Below are positions 63,159-64,000 of a stretch of DNA of 64,000 nt, one piece after another. The notes under the pieces are model-generated. The model searched no databases. It was not told the DNA's origin and saw only the letters and a list, made by a program, of their open reading frames with translations. Origin of the DNA: an uncultured bacterium (lineage in GTDB: Bacteria; Sysuimicrobiota; Sysuimicrobiia; Sysuimicrobiales; Sysuimicrobiaceae). The number at the start of each line of letters is the position of its first letter. The first letter of the stretch is position 1. The stretch is taken from NCBI GenBank assembly GCA_964437095.1, contig CAYTFH010000014.1, positions 1,428 through 65,427 on the forward strand. Direction: 5' to 3'. Position numbers and translations under genes: made by a program.

Positions 63159-64000
63159 CACCGTCCGGCAGGGGTCTCCGGCTTGCGCGCGGTGAAGACG
63201 AGGGAGCGGGCCACCCTTGCTTGCCGCTCCTGCGGGATCAGCCCGCGCATCAGGGCGATGAGCTCCGGTGTGAACAGCGGGTACTGCGCGCACTCGTCCA
63301 CTCCGAAGAGACGTTCCTCTCCACGGCGGATCTCGGTGAACCCGACGTTCTTCAGTTTGCCGACGAAGACACGCTCCGCCAGGGCGCCCGAGAGTCACCC
63401 CGCCCACGCCGCGGGGTTGGTCAGGCTCTCGGGCGGCAGGTCGTCGTCCACCACGAGGTCCGCGACCACCATCCGCCCACCGGGTCGCAGGATGCGGAAG
63501 ATCTCGGAAAAGGCCCGTGATTTGCGCGGGGACAGATTGATCACCCCGTTGCTGATCACCACGTCCACGCTGGCGCCCGGGAAAGGAATCGCCTCGATCT
63601 GCCCGAGCCCCCAGTCGACGTTGCGCACGCCAGCCTCCACGGCGTGGCGTGCGGCCACCTCGAGCATCTCCGCAAGCATGTCCAGCCCGATCGCCCTGCT
63701 ACCGGCGCTACGGCCCGGGCGGCCAGGAGGGTGTCGATTCCACCGCCGCAGCCCAGGTCCACGACCACCTCACCCGGCCGCAGGCTCGCTACCCGCACCG
63801 GGTTGCCGACGCCCAGGGCCTGCTCGATGGCGCCCCGGGGCAGGTGTGCGAGCTGTTCAGGATCGTAGAGCGTTTCAGCGACGCCGCTGCCGGCGCCGAC
63901 CACCTGTCGGTAAGCCTGCCGGCCCACCTCGCGCACCGCCTCCTGGCCGAGCAGGTCGTCCCGACCGGTGCTGGTGGATGCTCTCCGCGACGGCTCACGC
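63159..64000 (-). CDS. ArsM/UbiE-like SAM-dependent methyltransferase with in-frame TGA (candidate selenocysteine) at 63395..63397; also a 1-nt frameshift near 63695..63715; 5' end outside window
   Basis: Three collinear minus-strand pieces make up the gene:
- ...[47 protein letters not shown]...[22 protein letters not shown] (frame of ORF 63556..63936)
- [30 protein letters not shown]...[19 protein letters not shown]...[13 protein letters not shown]...NPAAWAG (ORF 63395..63679)
- then TGA, then in frame [24 protein letters not shown]...[11 protein letters not shown], with the stop at 63159..63161. Confidence 0.65.

Overview
This is a roughly 70% GC bacterial chromosomal segment, densely coded on both strands. 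Because of the GC content, most long ORFs in the six-frame track are shadow ORFs. Real genes were picked by recognisable protein families, ribosome-binding sites and start/stop coupling. The gene order radA-yacL(PIN/TRAM)-ispD-ispF-cysS-rlmB-(VanW)-sigH is the conserved Bacillota arrangement. By inference, the source is a high-GC, probably thermophilic Firmicute-like lineage.

The window holds about 65 protein genes and one tRNA-Thr(UGU). There is no rRNA and no CRISPR array. Content is mainly housekeeping and central metabolism:
- isoprenoid, NAD and Moco biosynthesis genes, and an M16 peptidase pair
- M20, M42, M17 and M48 peptidases
- a ketone-body/acyl-CoA block
- a TTT-transporter organic-acid cluster
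- an amt...glnA nitrogen locus

Most interesting points:
1. Two in-frame TGA codons fall exactly on catalytic Cys positions. One is the CxxC motif of a DsbA/FrnE-like oxidoreductase at 34621. The other is the AS3MT Cys206-equivalent of an ArsM/UbiE-like methyltransferase at 63395. Each has a downstream hairpin, so both are candidate selenoproteins that an ORF caller would truncate.
2. The nitrogen locus amt-unknown 405-aa protein-flotillin-glnA has no PII gene, a terminator-like leader hairpin, a frameshift in amt, and a nonsense codon plus a frameshift in glnA.
3. At least six conserved genes are broken by single-base indels, mostly in short G/C runs. This means either draft-quality sequence or gene decay, and it affects how every pseudogene call should be read.
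4. An SdhA-type flavoprotein with no SdhB/C partner sits in a PrpF/TctABC/GntR/Ldh2/IDH-like cluster.
5. A degraded mobile-element patch (IstB tail, integrase fragment, PIN fragment) lies next to the candidate seleno-methyltransferase at the 3' end.

All functional calls come from motif and family recognition by eye. No database search was possible.
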